A DNA stretch of 64,000 nt, taken from an uncultured Chloroflexia bacterium. GTDB lineage: Bacteria; Chloroflexota; Anaerolineae; CG2-30-64-16. The DNA lies in NCBI GenBank assembly GCA_963800615.1, contig CAWDBO010000021.1:214423-278422 (forward strand). The letters run 5' to 3'. The notes under the pieces were generated by a model. That model had not been told where the DNA came from. It saw nothing but the letters and a program-made list of their open reading frames with translations, and did not search any database. Of the stretch, positions 10,971-20,683 are shown one piece after another. The first letter of the stretch is position 1; every line of letters begins with the position of its first letter. The position numbers and the translations under genes were made by a program.

Positions 10971-12692
10971 TTACTTCTCGAAGTACACGGTCCGCAGGTC
11001 CAGCGCCGTGCCGAGGTAGCTCGTCGGCTTCAGCCCCTTCAGCTTGTGGTGGCGCCCCAGAGGTTGTTGGCAAAGAACGGCACGATGATCGGGCCACGGT
11101 CGATGAAGATCTGCTGGATCTGCTTGTACAGGTCGGCTCGTTTGGCCCGATCCATCTCCACCGCGGCCTTGGCCGACAGGTCGTCCAGCTCCTTGTCGCA
11201 CCAGTGGCTCTCGTTCCACTTGGCGTTGCAGACGTAGGCCAGGTCCAGGTAGGGCTGCGGGTAGGCACGCGAGCCCCAGTCGGTGATCGCCAGGTCCGCC
11301 TCGAGCCAGAGATTGTCCGCGCCGTAGTAGACGTCGGACGGCACCAGCTGGATGTCGGCGTCGATGCCGGCTTCGGCCCACTGTTCCTTAAGGATCGTAG
11401 CCATGGCCGGGACCGGCGAGATCTGCTGCGCGGTCAGGGTGACCTTGAGCCCGTCCTTGTAGCCCGCGTCGGCCAGCAGCTGCTTGGCCTTCGCAACGTC
11501 GCGGACGGGGTCCGGTGCGTCCAGGTAGAAGTCGCCGTAGCCGGGGCCGAACGGCGTGTTGTGCCCGACCACGCCCAGCCCTTCGAACGCGCCGGCGAGG
11601 ATCGCCGCGTTATCGGTCGCCGCCTTGAAAGCCTGGCGGACCTTGACGTCGTCGAACGGCTTCTTGTCGCTGCGCATGCGCAGGACGAAGGCCGTGTTCG
11701 AGGGCTTCTCGAGCACCTGGATATTCTGATCTTCTTTCAGCGTCTTCACGAACTCGGACGGCAGATAGAGCAGGTAGTCCACCTGGCCGCCGCGCAACGC
11801 TTCCACCTGGGCCGATGGCTCGGCCATGAAGATGAACTCCATGCCGTCCAGGTAGGGCAGCTGGTTGCCGTCGGCATCCTTCATCCAGTAGTTCGGGTTC
11901 TTCTTGAAGGTCAGCCGGTCCTCGGGCAGGTACTTGTCGATCATGAACGGCCCGGTGCCGATGAACTCGGTCTTCGGGTCCTTGATCCCGCTCCACACGA
12001 TGAGCGCGTGGTAGTCGCCCAGGTCGAGCAGGAAGTCGGGGTTGGACTTCTTCAGCTTGAACACCACCGTGTTATCGTCGGGGGTGCTGATGTCCGTGAT
12101 GTTCGAGTACAGAGCAACCGTCGCCGCGCCGACCTTCTCGTCGCGCAGGCGATCGAATGTCGTCTTCACGTCTTTCGACGTGAGCGTCTCGCCGTTGTGG
12201 AACTTGACGCCCTGGCGGAGCGTGAAGGTCCAGGTCAACCCGTCTTCGCTGGTCGTCCACTTTTCGGCGAGGCTGCGGCTGGCGTCGGGCTGGTTCTCCT
12301 CGCCCGTGTAGACGAGGAAGTCGCCCCACTGCCGCCCAATTTCGTCGTCGGAAACCGAGCTGAGGAACGCGGGGTCGAGGTTCGTGGGCGCGAAGTAGGC
12401 GTGCTTCAGAACCCCGCCGTACTTTCCACCCGTAGCCGCCGGGGCCTGTGTAGGCTCTGGAGCGGCCGGGGCAGCGGTGGGCTCCGGCGCTTTCGTGGGC
12501 TCCGGTGCGGCCGTGGCCGCTTCCTTCGTCGGCTCCGCGGCCGGGGCCGTCGGTCGGTTGTGCGGCCGCGGCGGTCGGTTGCACCGGCGCGGCCGTCGGC
12601 TGGGGCGCGGCCGGGGTCGAGCACGCTGCAAGCAGCATGCTCAGGATGACGATGACGGCAAAGACGATGCCGACACTCCTGGACGACTTCAT
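10971..12692 (-). CDS. Family-5 (peptide/nickel type) ABC substrate-binding lipoprotein; frame breaks near both ends
   Basis: Signal plus lipobox MKSSRSVGIVFAVIVILSMLLAACS, then a P/T/A-rich linker. ORF 11039..12631 holds the SBP_bac_5-like body (TWTFTLRQGVKFHNGETLTSKDV, GTGPFMIDKY, FKKNPNYW). The tail KLKGLKPTSYLGTALDLRTVYFEK ends at 10971. Confidence 0.85.
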
Positions 12693-12800
12693 AGCTTTCC
12701 TCCTTTTGGCTGATGCGGACCGGGATACGCTGCACGAGTACGGGATACGAGAGCGATCAGAGAGCACCTCCTTCTGCCTGACAGCCGGCAACAGCTCCGA

Positions 12801-14182
12801 TCAGCGGCGCGTGAGCAAACCGATGATCTCCGCTGCGCCGGCGAGTTCGTCAAAACGCCACACGAGATCCGACAGAGCGTCGATTTGCGCTTCGTCCATC
12901 ACAAACTGCGCCATCCAGCGCAGCTTCTCGTCCATCCGGGGCACGTCCCAACCTGGCTGCGGGAAACGCAGGCCTCCGTCGACCAGGCCGGTTCTGTACT
13001 CCCGGCCGTCGTTCAGGGTGATCGTCACGGCGCTGGCGAAGCGTCCGCGCGGATCGCCCCGCTCGTAGAGCTTGCAGAGCCGCTCCATCTCCGGCGACTC
13101 CACAGTCGTCACTTTCGCGGCCAGGCTGCGGATACGCTCATCCGACAGCCGCTCCTCCAGGATTTGATCCGGGCCGATCTCGCCGTCGACCAGCATGGCC
13201 GCGATAGGCCAGGACTGGCTGAACTGCGCTTCCTCGGTCGTCGAAGGCAAACCCTTGAAGAGGGCAGCCCGCCCCGTGGCCTGCCTCGACCATGATACCC
13301 GTAATCTGATCGAGGTCAATCCGGTTCTCCTCGACGAGCCGCCGGGCGCCTTCCACACCCGCATGAGCCCAGCCGCAGCACGCGTAGCGGGCCGCTTTCC
13401 ATGCCACGCCGTCGACCATCAGGTAGTCCTGCCCGATGGAGCAGGCCCATTCCTGGTATTCGGGCAGCGCCAGCAGCGTCGGGAATGCCGGTGAAGCCGC
13501 GGGCCGCCAAGCCCGGCAGACGTCACGCCCGTCATCGCGGCCCAACCGATGCCGTGCTTGACCATGCCCGGCTCGCGCAACGTCGCGCATCATCGGCAGG
13601 TTCGGCGCGTTGTACTCGGCGATGCCGAGCGCGTGGCCGGCCTGCTCCGGCGCAAGCCGCATCAGGTTAGCGGCGACGGCCGCGCAGGCCACGCTGCCCC
13701 ACGAGCCGCACGCCTGGTACACGTCGCGGCTGGCATGCCAGCACCGGCCGATCCGGTGCGCTACCTCGTATCCTACCACAAGCGCGGCCAGGATGTCGGC
13801 GCCCGTGGAACCCAACGCCTCGCCCACTGCCAGGGCCGTGGGGAAGATCGACGCGCCGGCGTGCCCGTTGGCGTAGCGGGCGCTGTCGTCCAGGTCCAGT
13901 CCATTGGCCGCGCAGCCGTTGGCGAACGCCGCGCCCGCCACGCCGGCCCGGATGCCGTACAGGCCGCGGCCTGCGCTGTGGGCCAGGATCGTGGCCTCGT
14001 CCCCGGCCCACGAAACCCTTGCGTACTCCGCGGCAATCCGGCTGACCGGGGCGAGCGTGCCCGCGATGGTCGCGCCCAGCCCGTCTGCGAAGCACATGCG
14101 CGCCTTGGCTTGGACCGGCGCGGGCAGATCCGCCCACCGGGTCTCTGGCGACAAAACGCGCGGCCAGCTCGTGTCCGTTCAT
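12801..14182 (-). CDS. MmgE/PrpD family protein; about 3 frame breaks
   Basis: N-terminus MNGHELAARFV...WADLPAPVQAKARMCFADGLGATIAGT, followed by ANGLDLDDSARYANGHAGASIFPTALAVGE, in ORF 13138..14154. The C-terminal domain is in ORF 12801..13364. The start overlaps the upstream stop (ATGA 14181-14184). Confidence 0.8.
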
Positions 14183-15634
14183 CACCGCGCCTCGGCCACG
14201 ATCTCGTCCAGCCGGCTCTGCACGTCTGCGGGCAGCGGCTCGGGCTTGTGCGTCGCCAGGATCTTCAGCGCCTTCTCCTGGGCGCGCTGCCGGAGGGTTT
14301 TGCCGCCCGCCCGGCTCCAATCCTCGTACGGCTTGCGGTCGAACAGCTTCGGGTACCAGTCTTCCTTGTAATGCTTCCGGGTGTGCTCCGAGCCCATGAA
14401 GTCGCCGAACGGCCCGATCTCGTCGATGATGTCGAGCGCCAGCGTCTCCTCGTTGACTTCCAGCCCCTTCATGAACTGCTTCGTGTACCCGATCAGCTCG
14501 TCGCAGATCACGATCTGCTCGACCGAATTGCACATGCCGCCTTCCAGGTAACCGACGTCGTGCGCCATCTGCGCGCCGGCCAGGGTTTCGAGGATGATCG
14601 AGAACGCAGCTTCGGCCGCGGCTTGCTCGTCGGGGATCTTCGAGTCGCTGCAGCCGGCAAGCCCGAAGATGGGGAGGCCGTAGCGGTGGGCGAGCTCGAC
14701 GAGCATCACCCGGTTGTTCGGGTCCGCATACGCATCGACCGTCGTGCGCATGTCGAGCATGTCGTTCACGCCGCCCGTCAGGATGATGGGCGCGCCTTCG
14801 CGCTTGATCTGGGCGATGACCAGGCCCGCCAGCTCGCCCGCATTGGCCATGGCGATCGCGCCCGCCGCGGTGACCGGTCCGCTGACGCCGCGCAGGACGA
14901 CCGGGGTGTAGGTCGTCGGCAGGCCCTTGCCGGCCATGAAGATGAGCTTCTGCAGCGCCTCCGCGTTATGGCGCAGCGGGTGGGTGACGTTGATGTACAG
15001 CGCGCAGATCGGGTTCCTCCGCAGCGCCTCCTCGCCTCCGGCGACCGCCTCGGCCATGCGGATCACGTCGACGCAGCCGGGGAACTCGGTCGTGACGAAC
15101 AGGATCGGCTTCGTGGTATTCGCCAGCATCGCGCGCATCTGGTAGCGGTCCGAGACGGCCTGGTCCACGTCGGAGGCGATGCAGAACGACATAACGAAGT
15201 CGATGTTGGGCAGCGCGTCGCACACGAGCGCGGCTTCTCCGACATCCGCCAGCGTCCCCGTCCGCCGCACGCCGTCCCGCACGTCGATGACGTTGGGGCA
15301 ATCGGAGCCTGGCCCGTAGAAGACGTTGTTGCGTTCGAGCGGCATGACGCGCCGGCCGTTGCGGTCGCAGATGACCGTGCGTTTGGGCGCCACGCTGAGC
15401 GCCCACTCGACGAGGCCGGGCGGAATCCGCACGCGCGCGCCCGCGTCCCTCGTCGGCGTCTTCGGCCGGAAGCCCCTTGCGGCGCAGCAGCTCGACGGCT
15501 TCGGGTTCGTAAAGCACCACCCCGGTCCGGTCGAGGATCTCCAGGCTGGCGTGGTGGAGGCGCTCGGTCTGGTCGTCGGATAACTTGCGGAAACGAGGCG
15601 TGTCGTAGGATGTGTAGTTGCTCTGCAAGGCCAC
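14182..15634 (-). CDS. MttB-superfamily protein, paralog 3; one frame break ~15440
   Basis: ORF 14182..15432 has YGPGSDCPNVID, IDFVMSFCIASD, TPVVLRGVSGPVTAAGAIAMANAGEL, DMLDMRTTVDAYADP, AHDVGYLEGGMCNSVEQIV and SEHTRKHYKEDWYP. The N-terminus LSDDQTERLHHASLEILDRTGVV is in ORF 14966..15718. A GTG with AGGAG 8 nt upstream lies at 15634. Confidence 0.88.
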
Positions 15635-15739
15635 GAATGTCACTCCTATCTGGTTGCGCTGCACTTCGTTGCGCCATTTGGAAGGCGAAAGGCGAAAGCG
15701 TGCGAAATGACGAAACACGAATGGCGAAAGAAACGAAAA

Positions 15740-16637
15740 TCAGCCGGCGGCCAGCCTGGCCCGCTCGACTGCCTGGGTCAGGGCCTCCTCGACGAGCACC
15801 GGGAGCACGGCCAGGCGGTACTCGCGCGAGGCGCGCAGGACGCTGGTACGCGGCTCGGCATCGCAGAGCGCCAGCTGCGCGGCCTCGGCCAAGGTCGCCG
15901 GTGCGGGCGCTCTGCCGGCCAGGAATGCCTCCGCTTCGTGCGCCCGGACGGGGCAGGGGCCAACCGGACCCATCGCAATGGCGGCAGATGCGATCGTGTC
16001 GCCGTCGAGCACGACCTTCGCCGCGCAGTTCAGCGTGGGCAGCACGAGCGAAGGCCGGCGGCCCGCCCGGCGCCACGCGGTGCCCCACCCGCCGCCCGTG
16101 CCGCTGCCCGGGGGGATGGGGAACCGGATGTGCGTGACGAGCTGGCGGGTTGAGTCGATCCGCGAACGACCCGGGCCTGCGTACATCTCGGCGACCGGGA
16201 GCCAGCGTTCGCCCGACCGCGTCCAGGATCCGGACTTCCGCGTCGAGTGCGATGGCGATGATTGCGCCGTCGGCAGCCGGCATCGCCTGCACCAGGTTCC
16301 CCACCCAGGTAGCGGCATTCTGGATCGCGAGCGCGCCGACGGAAGCGGCCGCATCGGCGAGCGCATGAACGTGCGCTGCGAAGTACGGGTGCTCGCGCAG
16401 CGCGATGAATGGGACCGCCGCCCCGACGACCGCCCAGCCGTCGCCAATCTCGATGCTCGCCAACTCGGGGATGCGGGTGATGTCCACCAGGCACTCGAGC
16501 GTGCTGACTTGCGGCTTGCCCTTCTCGATGTCCAGCAATACGTCCGTGCCGCCGGCGACGATGCGTGCCTTGCCTTCCCAGGCCGACAGCGTCTCGACCG
16601 CTTGCTGCGCGCTCGCGGGGAAGAGGTACTGCGTCAT
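15740..16637 (-). CDS. Molybdenum hydroxylase set A, FAD-binding medium subunit (CoxM/XdhB-like); about 3 frame breaks
   Basis: [42 protein letters not shown]...ALAIQNAATWVGNLVQAMPAADG lies in ORF 15063..17438, and the C-terminal part in ORF 15740..16447. The ATG overlaps the large-subunit stop (ATGA 16634-16637). Confidence 0.8.
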
Positions 16638-18895
16638 TGCCGGTCGCTCCCCCGGATGGCGGCCAGGACGCGCTCGGGCGTGGCAGGGATGGTGCGCATC
16701 CGGCGTCCCGATCGCGCGGGAGATGGCGTTGACGATCGCCGGCGTGGAGGGCAGCATGGCCGCTTCGCCCAGGCCCTTGACGCCGAACGGTCCGAAGCGG
16801 CTGGGCACTTCGACGAGGATCACTTCGAGCTCCGGCATGGACTTGATCGTGGGCAGGTAGTAATCGGCAAAGCCGGTGGTGTGGCCGGGCAGCACCTCTT
16901 CCATCAGGGCCGCGCCGATGCCCATGAGCATCGCGCCTTCGATCTGCCCCTCGGCATCCGGCCGGTTCACGGCATGGCCCACGTCGTGCGCGGCCGCGAT
17001 CCTCAGCACGCGTACCTCGCCTGTCCGCAGGTCCACCTCGACCTCGGCCACGTGCGCGCCGGTGACGAAGAGGGGTGCGTACTCGGGCCTGGTATCCGGC
17101 GGGAAGTAAGGCGACAGGTCGAAGACGCCGCGGATGCGGCGCGGCTTGCCCGAGCCGGTCGAACTCGGCCGCCACTTCTGCCAGGGCGACGCGCTCGCCG
17201 TCCGCCGAGCAAACGCCGGCGCCCTGGAAGGCCAGCGACGACGGGCGCCCGGTCGAGCAGCTCCGCGGCCACTCCCAAGACTTCGTCGCGCAGGTTCGGT
17301 ACACGCCCTCACGACGGCCCCGCCCACGAAGTAGGTCGCCCGCGAGGCGCCCTGGATGCCGCTGTCGGGCGCGCGCGCCGTGTCCGCGTTGACCAGGGAC
17401 ACCAGGTCCCGGTCGACGCCGAGCGCCTCCGCGGCCATCTGCGACCATCGTCGTGTTGGTGCCCTGCCCGTAGTCGGCCGCGGTGCAGTAGACGACGAAC
17501 GAGCCGCCCGGGGCGGATCTCCGCGTGCGCCTCAACCCGCAGGTCGCCGGACTTGCCGAACCGGTACCACATCCCGGCAATCCCAACCCCCCGACTGTAG
17601 GGGCGGGGTTGCCCCGCCCACTCTGCCGGCATCCGCGATCATGGCCTGGTAGTGCGGCCGGAGCGCCTCGAGCACCTGCTCGAAGCCCAGCGACTCGGCC
17701 ACCGGATAGCCGAGGAACGACGGCTCGCCGTCGTGCAGCCGGTTCCGCAGCCTGAATTCGAGCGGATCGATCCCGAGCTTCTCGGCCAGCTCGTCCAGCG
17801 CGCACTCGGTGGCGAAGCAGGCCTGCGCGGTGCCGAATCCGCGGTACTGCCCCGCCTTCGGCCCGTTCGTGTAGACCGTCCGGGCGTACGCATCGACGGC
17901 TCGCCAGCGGTAAGGCCCGCCGCTGGCGGTCACGGCATAGTTCGGGATGTATTGGCCGGAAGAATCGTACGCGCCCGTGTTGGCGTCGATCCGCAGCTGG
18001 ATTGCCGCCAGCCGTCCGTCCCGGCTCGCGCCGATCTTGTTTCGGACAACGTAGGGATGCCGCTTCGGCGTGGCGAGGAAGGCTTCGTGGCGGGAATAGG
18101 CCAGCATCACCGGGCGGCCGGGTCGCATGGGTCATCAGCGCGGTGGCGACGAAGGGCCAGGGGTCCTGCCTGCCGCCGAAAGAGCCGCCGGTGGGCGGCA
18201 CGACGACGCGCACGCGATCACGCGGCAGGGCCAGGCTTGCCGCGATGTACGCCTGCTGGTAGTACGGCTCGTGCGCGCCGCCGGTGACGGTTAATCTTCC
18301 CTCTTCGTCGTAATAGCCCAGCAACGCCTCCCGCTCGAGCGCGCTGTGCTCCAGGAACGCGGTCCGGTACTCCGTTTCCACGATCACGTCCGACCTTGCC
18401 AGCTCGCCGTCGACGTCGCCGTGCTGGAGCTGATAGCGCGTCAGCACGTTGGCGTCTCCGGCGATGTGTGGCGCGCCGGGCTGCAGCGTCTCGTCGACGT
18501 CGAACGTATGGGGAAGGACCTCGTACTCGACCCGCACTGCGGCCGCGGCCGCCTTCGCCGCCTGGACCGTCTCCGCGACGACCAGGGCCACCGGCGCGCC
18601 TACCATGCGGACGGTCGATCCCACCGGCGCGAGCACCGGCTCCTCCTGGCTGTAGTCGCCGAGCCCGTTCTCGCCGGGGATGTCGTCTGCGGTCAGAACT
18701 GCCACCACGCCGGGAACCTCACGCGCAGGGCCGGCATCGAGCGACAGGATCCTGGCATGGTGATGTGGGGAGCGGACGACCACGCCCCTGCAACATGCCG
18801 TCCACGCTCATGTCCTCGACGTAACGCGTCGCGCCCGTCACCTTGCCAACGAGTCGGTTCGCAGGGCGCTGCCGCCGATTGTCAGACGCGGCCGT
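16634..18895 (-). CDS. Molybdenum hydroxylase set A, molybdopterin-binding large subunit (XDH/aldehyde oxidase family); about 6 frame breaks; 5' boundary uncertain
   Basis: [92 protein letters not shown] and [23 protein letters not shown] are spread over at least 5 ORF fragments. The tail [21 protein letters not shown] ends at 16634. Confidence 0.8.
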
Positions 18896-18897
18896 GT

Positions 18898-18920
18898 AGG
18901 GGCGAGGTAACCTCGCCCCT
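18898..18920. repeat. Perfect 10-bp stem / 3-nt loop hairpin AGGGGCGAGG-TAA-CCTCGCCCCT at the small/large subunit junction
   Basis: Read directly from the sequence. Confidence 0.9.
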
Positions 18921-19410
18921 AGCGGTCGTCCCTCTCGTGCCGAGCGCATCCGCCGCGCGGCCAGCTCGACCGCCTCGGCGATCTTCTTGTACCCCGTACA
19001 GCGGCACAGGTTGCCTTCCAGCGCGTCGACGATCTGCTCGCGGGTGGGCTCGAGCGTCCGGTCCAGCAGGCCCTTGGCTGCCATCAGCATCCCGGGCGTG
19101 CAGTACCCGCACTGGACCGCGCCCACCTCGATAAACGCCGTGCTGCAGCGGGTGGAGCTCGCCGCCCTTCGCCAGCCCTTCGACGGTCTCGCACGCGCCT
19201 CCCGGCTGCCTTTGCAACCGGGGTCAGGCACGACCGGACGGGCCGCCCATCCAGCAGGACCGTGCACGCGCCGCACTCGCCCTCGTGATCGCAGCCTTGC
19301 TTCGTGCCCGTCAGCCCGAGCTCGGCGCGCAGGACGTCCAGCAGCGGCCGTGCAGGATCGACATCGACCGCCGCCGCCGCGCCGTTGAGCAAGAACTCTA
19401 TGTGCGCCAA
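18921..19410 (-). CDS. Molybdenum hydroxylase set A, [2Fe-2S] small subunit; 1-2 frame breaks; 3' boundary uncertain
   Basis: [10 protein letters not shown]...[23 protein letters not shown], then [18 protein letters not shown] and [13 protein letters not shown] prefer TTG 19410 (AGGAGAG upstream) over ATG 19431, which lies inside a hairpin arm. The frame reads through a 23-nt hairpin into the large subunit. Confidence 0.75.
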
Positions 19411-19421
19411 TCTCTCTCCTG

Positions 19422-19485
19422 ATCCCCTCATCCCCTCATCCCCGCAGGCGGTCGTAGGCTTGCGGGGATGAGGGGATGAAGGGAT
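19422..19485. repeat. Long hairpin built from GGGGATGA octamers (25-nt arms, 1 mismatch, 14-nt loop); terminator-like, downstream of hisC
   Basis: ATCCCCTCATCCCCTCATCCCCGCA ... TGCGGGGATGAGGGGATGAAGGGAT. It lies 13 nt after the hisC stop. Related copies are at 38980-39024 and 49063-49120. Confidence 0.85.
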
Positions 19486-19497
19486 TGTGTGTCTGAA

Positions 19498-20602
19498 TTA
19501 TGCCCAGGCTGTCTGCAGGACGGATTCGAGGGTCGCGATCAGCCGGGCGTTCTGGCTCGGGTCGCCGACGGTGATGCGGAGATGCTCGGGCAGATCGTAG
19601 CCGGTGCAGGGGCGGACGATGACCCCGCGTTTGAGGAGCTCCGAATAGACGGTCTTGGCATCGGGTCCGAGGTGCGCCAGGACGAAGTTGGTCTGGCTGG
19701 GGACGTAGCCGATTCCCAGCCGGTCGAACTCCCGGTAGAGGAACTCCCGGCCTTCCGCGTTGACCGCGACCGTGCGCTTCAGGAATTCGGGGTCCTTCAG
19801 CGCGGCCTCGCCCGCGATCTGTGCGAGCAGGTTGACCGGGAAGGACTCGGAGCAGGACCGCATCGGCGCGAGCAGTTCGGCGGATGCGAGCGCGTAGCCC
19901 ATCCGGATGCCCGCGATCCCGTATGCCTTGGAGAAGGTCCGCAGGATGCAGACGTTCGTCCGGCCCTCGAGGATGTACGGCATCGTGTCGGGGTACGCCG
20001 GGTCGTCCACGAACTCGTAATACGCCTCGTCGAAGACGACGATCGTCGTGTCCGGGACATGGCGCATGAACTCGGCGACCTCCTGCCGGGTAACGATGCT
20101 GCCGGTCGGGTTGTTCGGGTTGCAGACGAAGATCAGCTTCGTCCGCGGGGTGATGGCGCGGCGCCATCGCCCGGAGATCGAACCGGAGGTCGGGCGTGAG
20201 GGGCGTCTTCACCAGCCGGGCGCGCATCACTGCCGCGCTGATGTCGTACACCGGGAAGGTCGAGCAGCTGGTCAGCATCTCGTCGTCGTCGTTGAGATAG
20301 GCGACACACAGCTCGCGAATGACGCCGTCCGCGCCGTTCCCGATCCGGACCATCTCCGCATCGACCCCGTGGTGCGCAGCGAGCGCGTGACGGAGCCGGT
20401 ACGCCTGCGCATCGGGGTAGTAGTTGAGATTCGGCAGCGCCTCCATCAGCGCCTGCACCACGACCGGCGACGCCCCAATCGGGTTCTCATTGGAAGCGAG
20501 CTTGATAACGTCCGTCAGCCCGTACTCGCGCTGCACCTCTTCGATCGGTTTCCCCGGCACATACGGCCGGATGGCGCTCAGACCACGTTGCGGCTTGACC
20601 AT
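19498..20602 (-). CDS. hisC: Histidinol-phosphate/aromatic aminotransferase (class II, HisC family); one frame break ~20160
   Basis: IKLASNENPIG, YPDAQAYRLRHALA, TPRTKLIFVCNPNNPTGS (restored by dropping one C near 20156-20165), FDEAYYEF, and the PLP lysine in RTFSKAYGIAGIRMGY. Confidence 0.8.
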
Positions 20603-20683
20603 TGATCCACCTCAAGTACTCGCACAAGCGGATAATGTAGCGCAATGGACTTCGCCAGACTCGCCGGAGCGCGCGTTCAGCCG

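Noticed and set aside
16030-18783. The 917-aa ORF 16030..18783 as one protein
   Set aside because: Only its first ~220 residues, plus short internal stretches, match the large-subunit family. The rest is out-of-frame Arg/Gly/Pro-rich read-through. The true protein must be assembled from at least 5 frames.
16634-18895. Aerobic CO dehydrogenase (CoxL) identity for the molybdopterin subunits
   Set aside because: - None of the three large subunits shows the form I active-site loop AYXCSFR.
- The corresponding segments read [16 protein letters not shown] and MQGFGNPQ, which fit generic XDH/aldehyde oxidase-type hydroxylases.
- No coxDEFG-like accessory genes were seen.
19429-19431. ATG 19431 as the start of the set A [2Fe-2S] subunit (as in the ORF track)
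   Set aside because: The codon lies inside the left arm of the 25-bp-stem hairpin. TTG 19410 has an AGGAGAG Shine-Dalgarno and gives the family-typical N-terminus (M)AHIEFLLNG.
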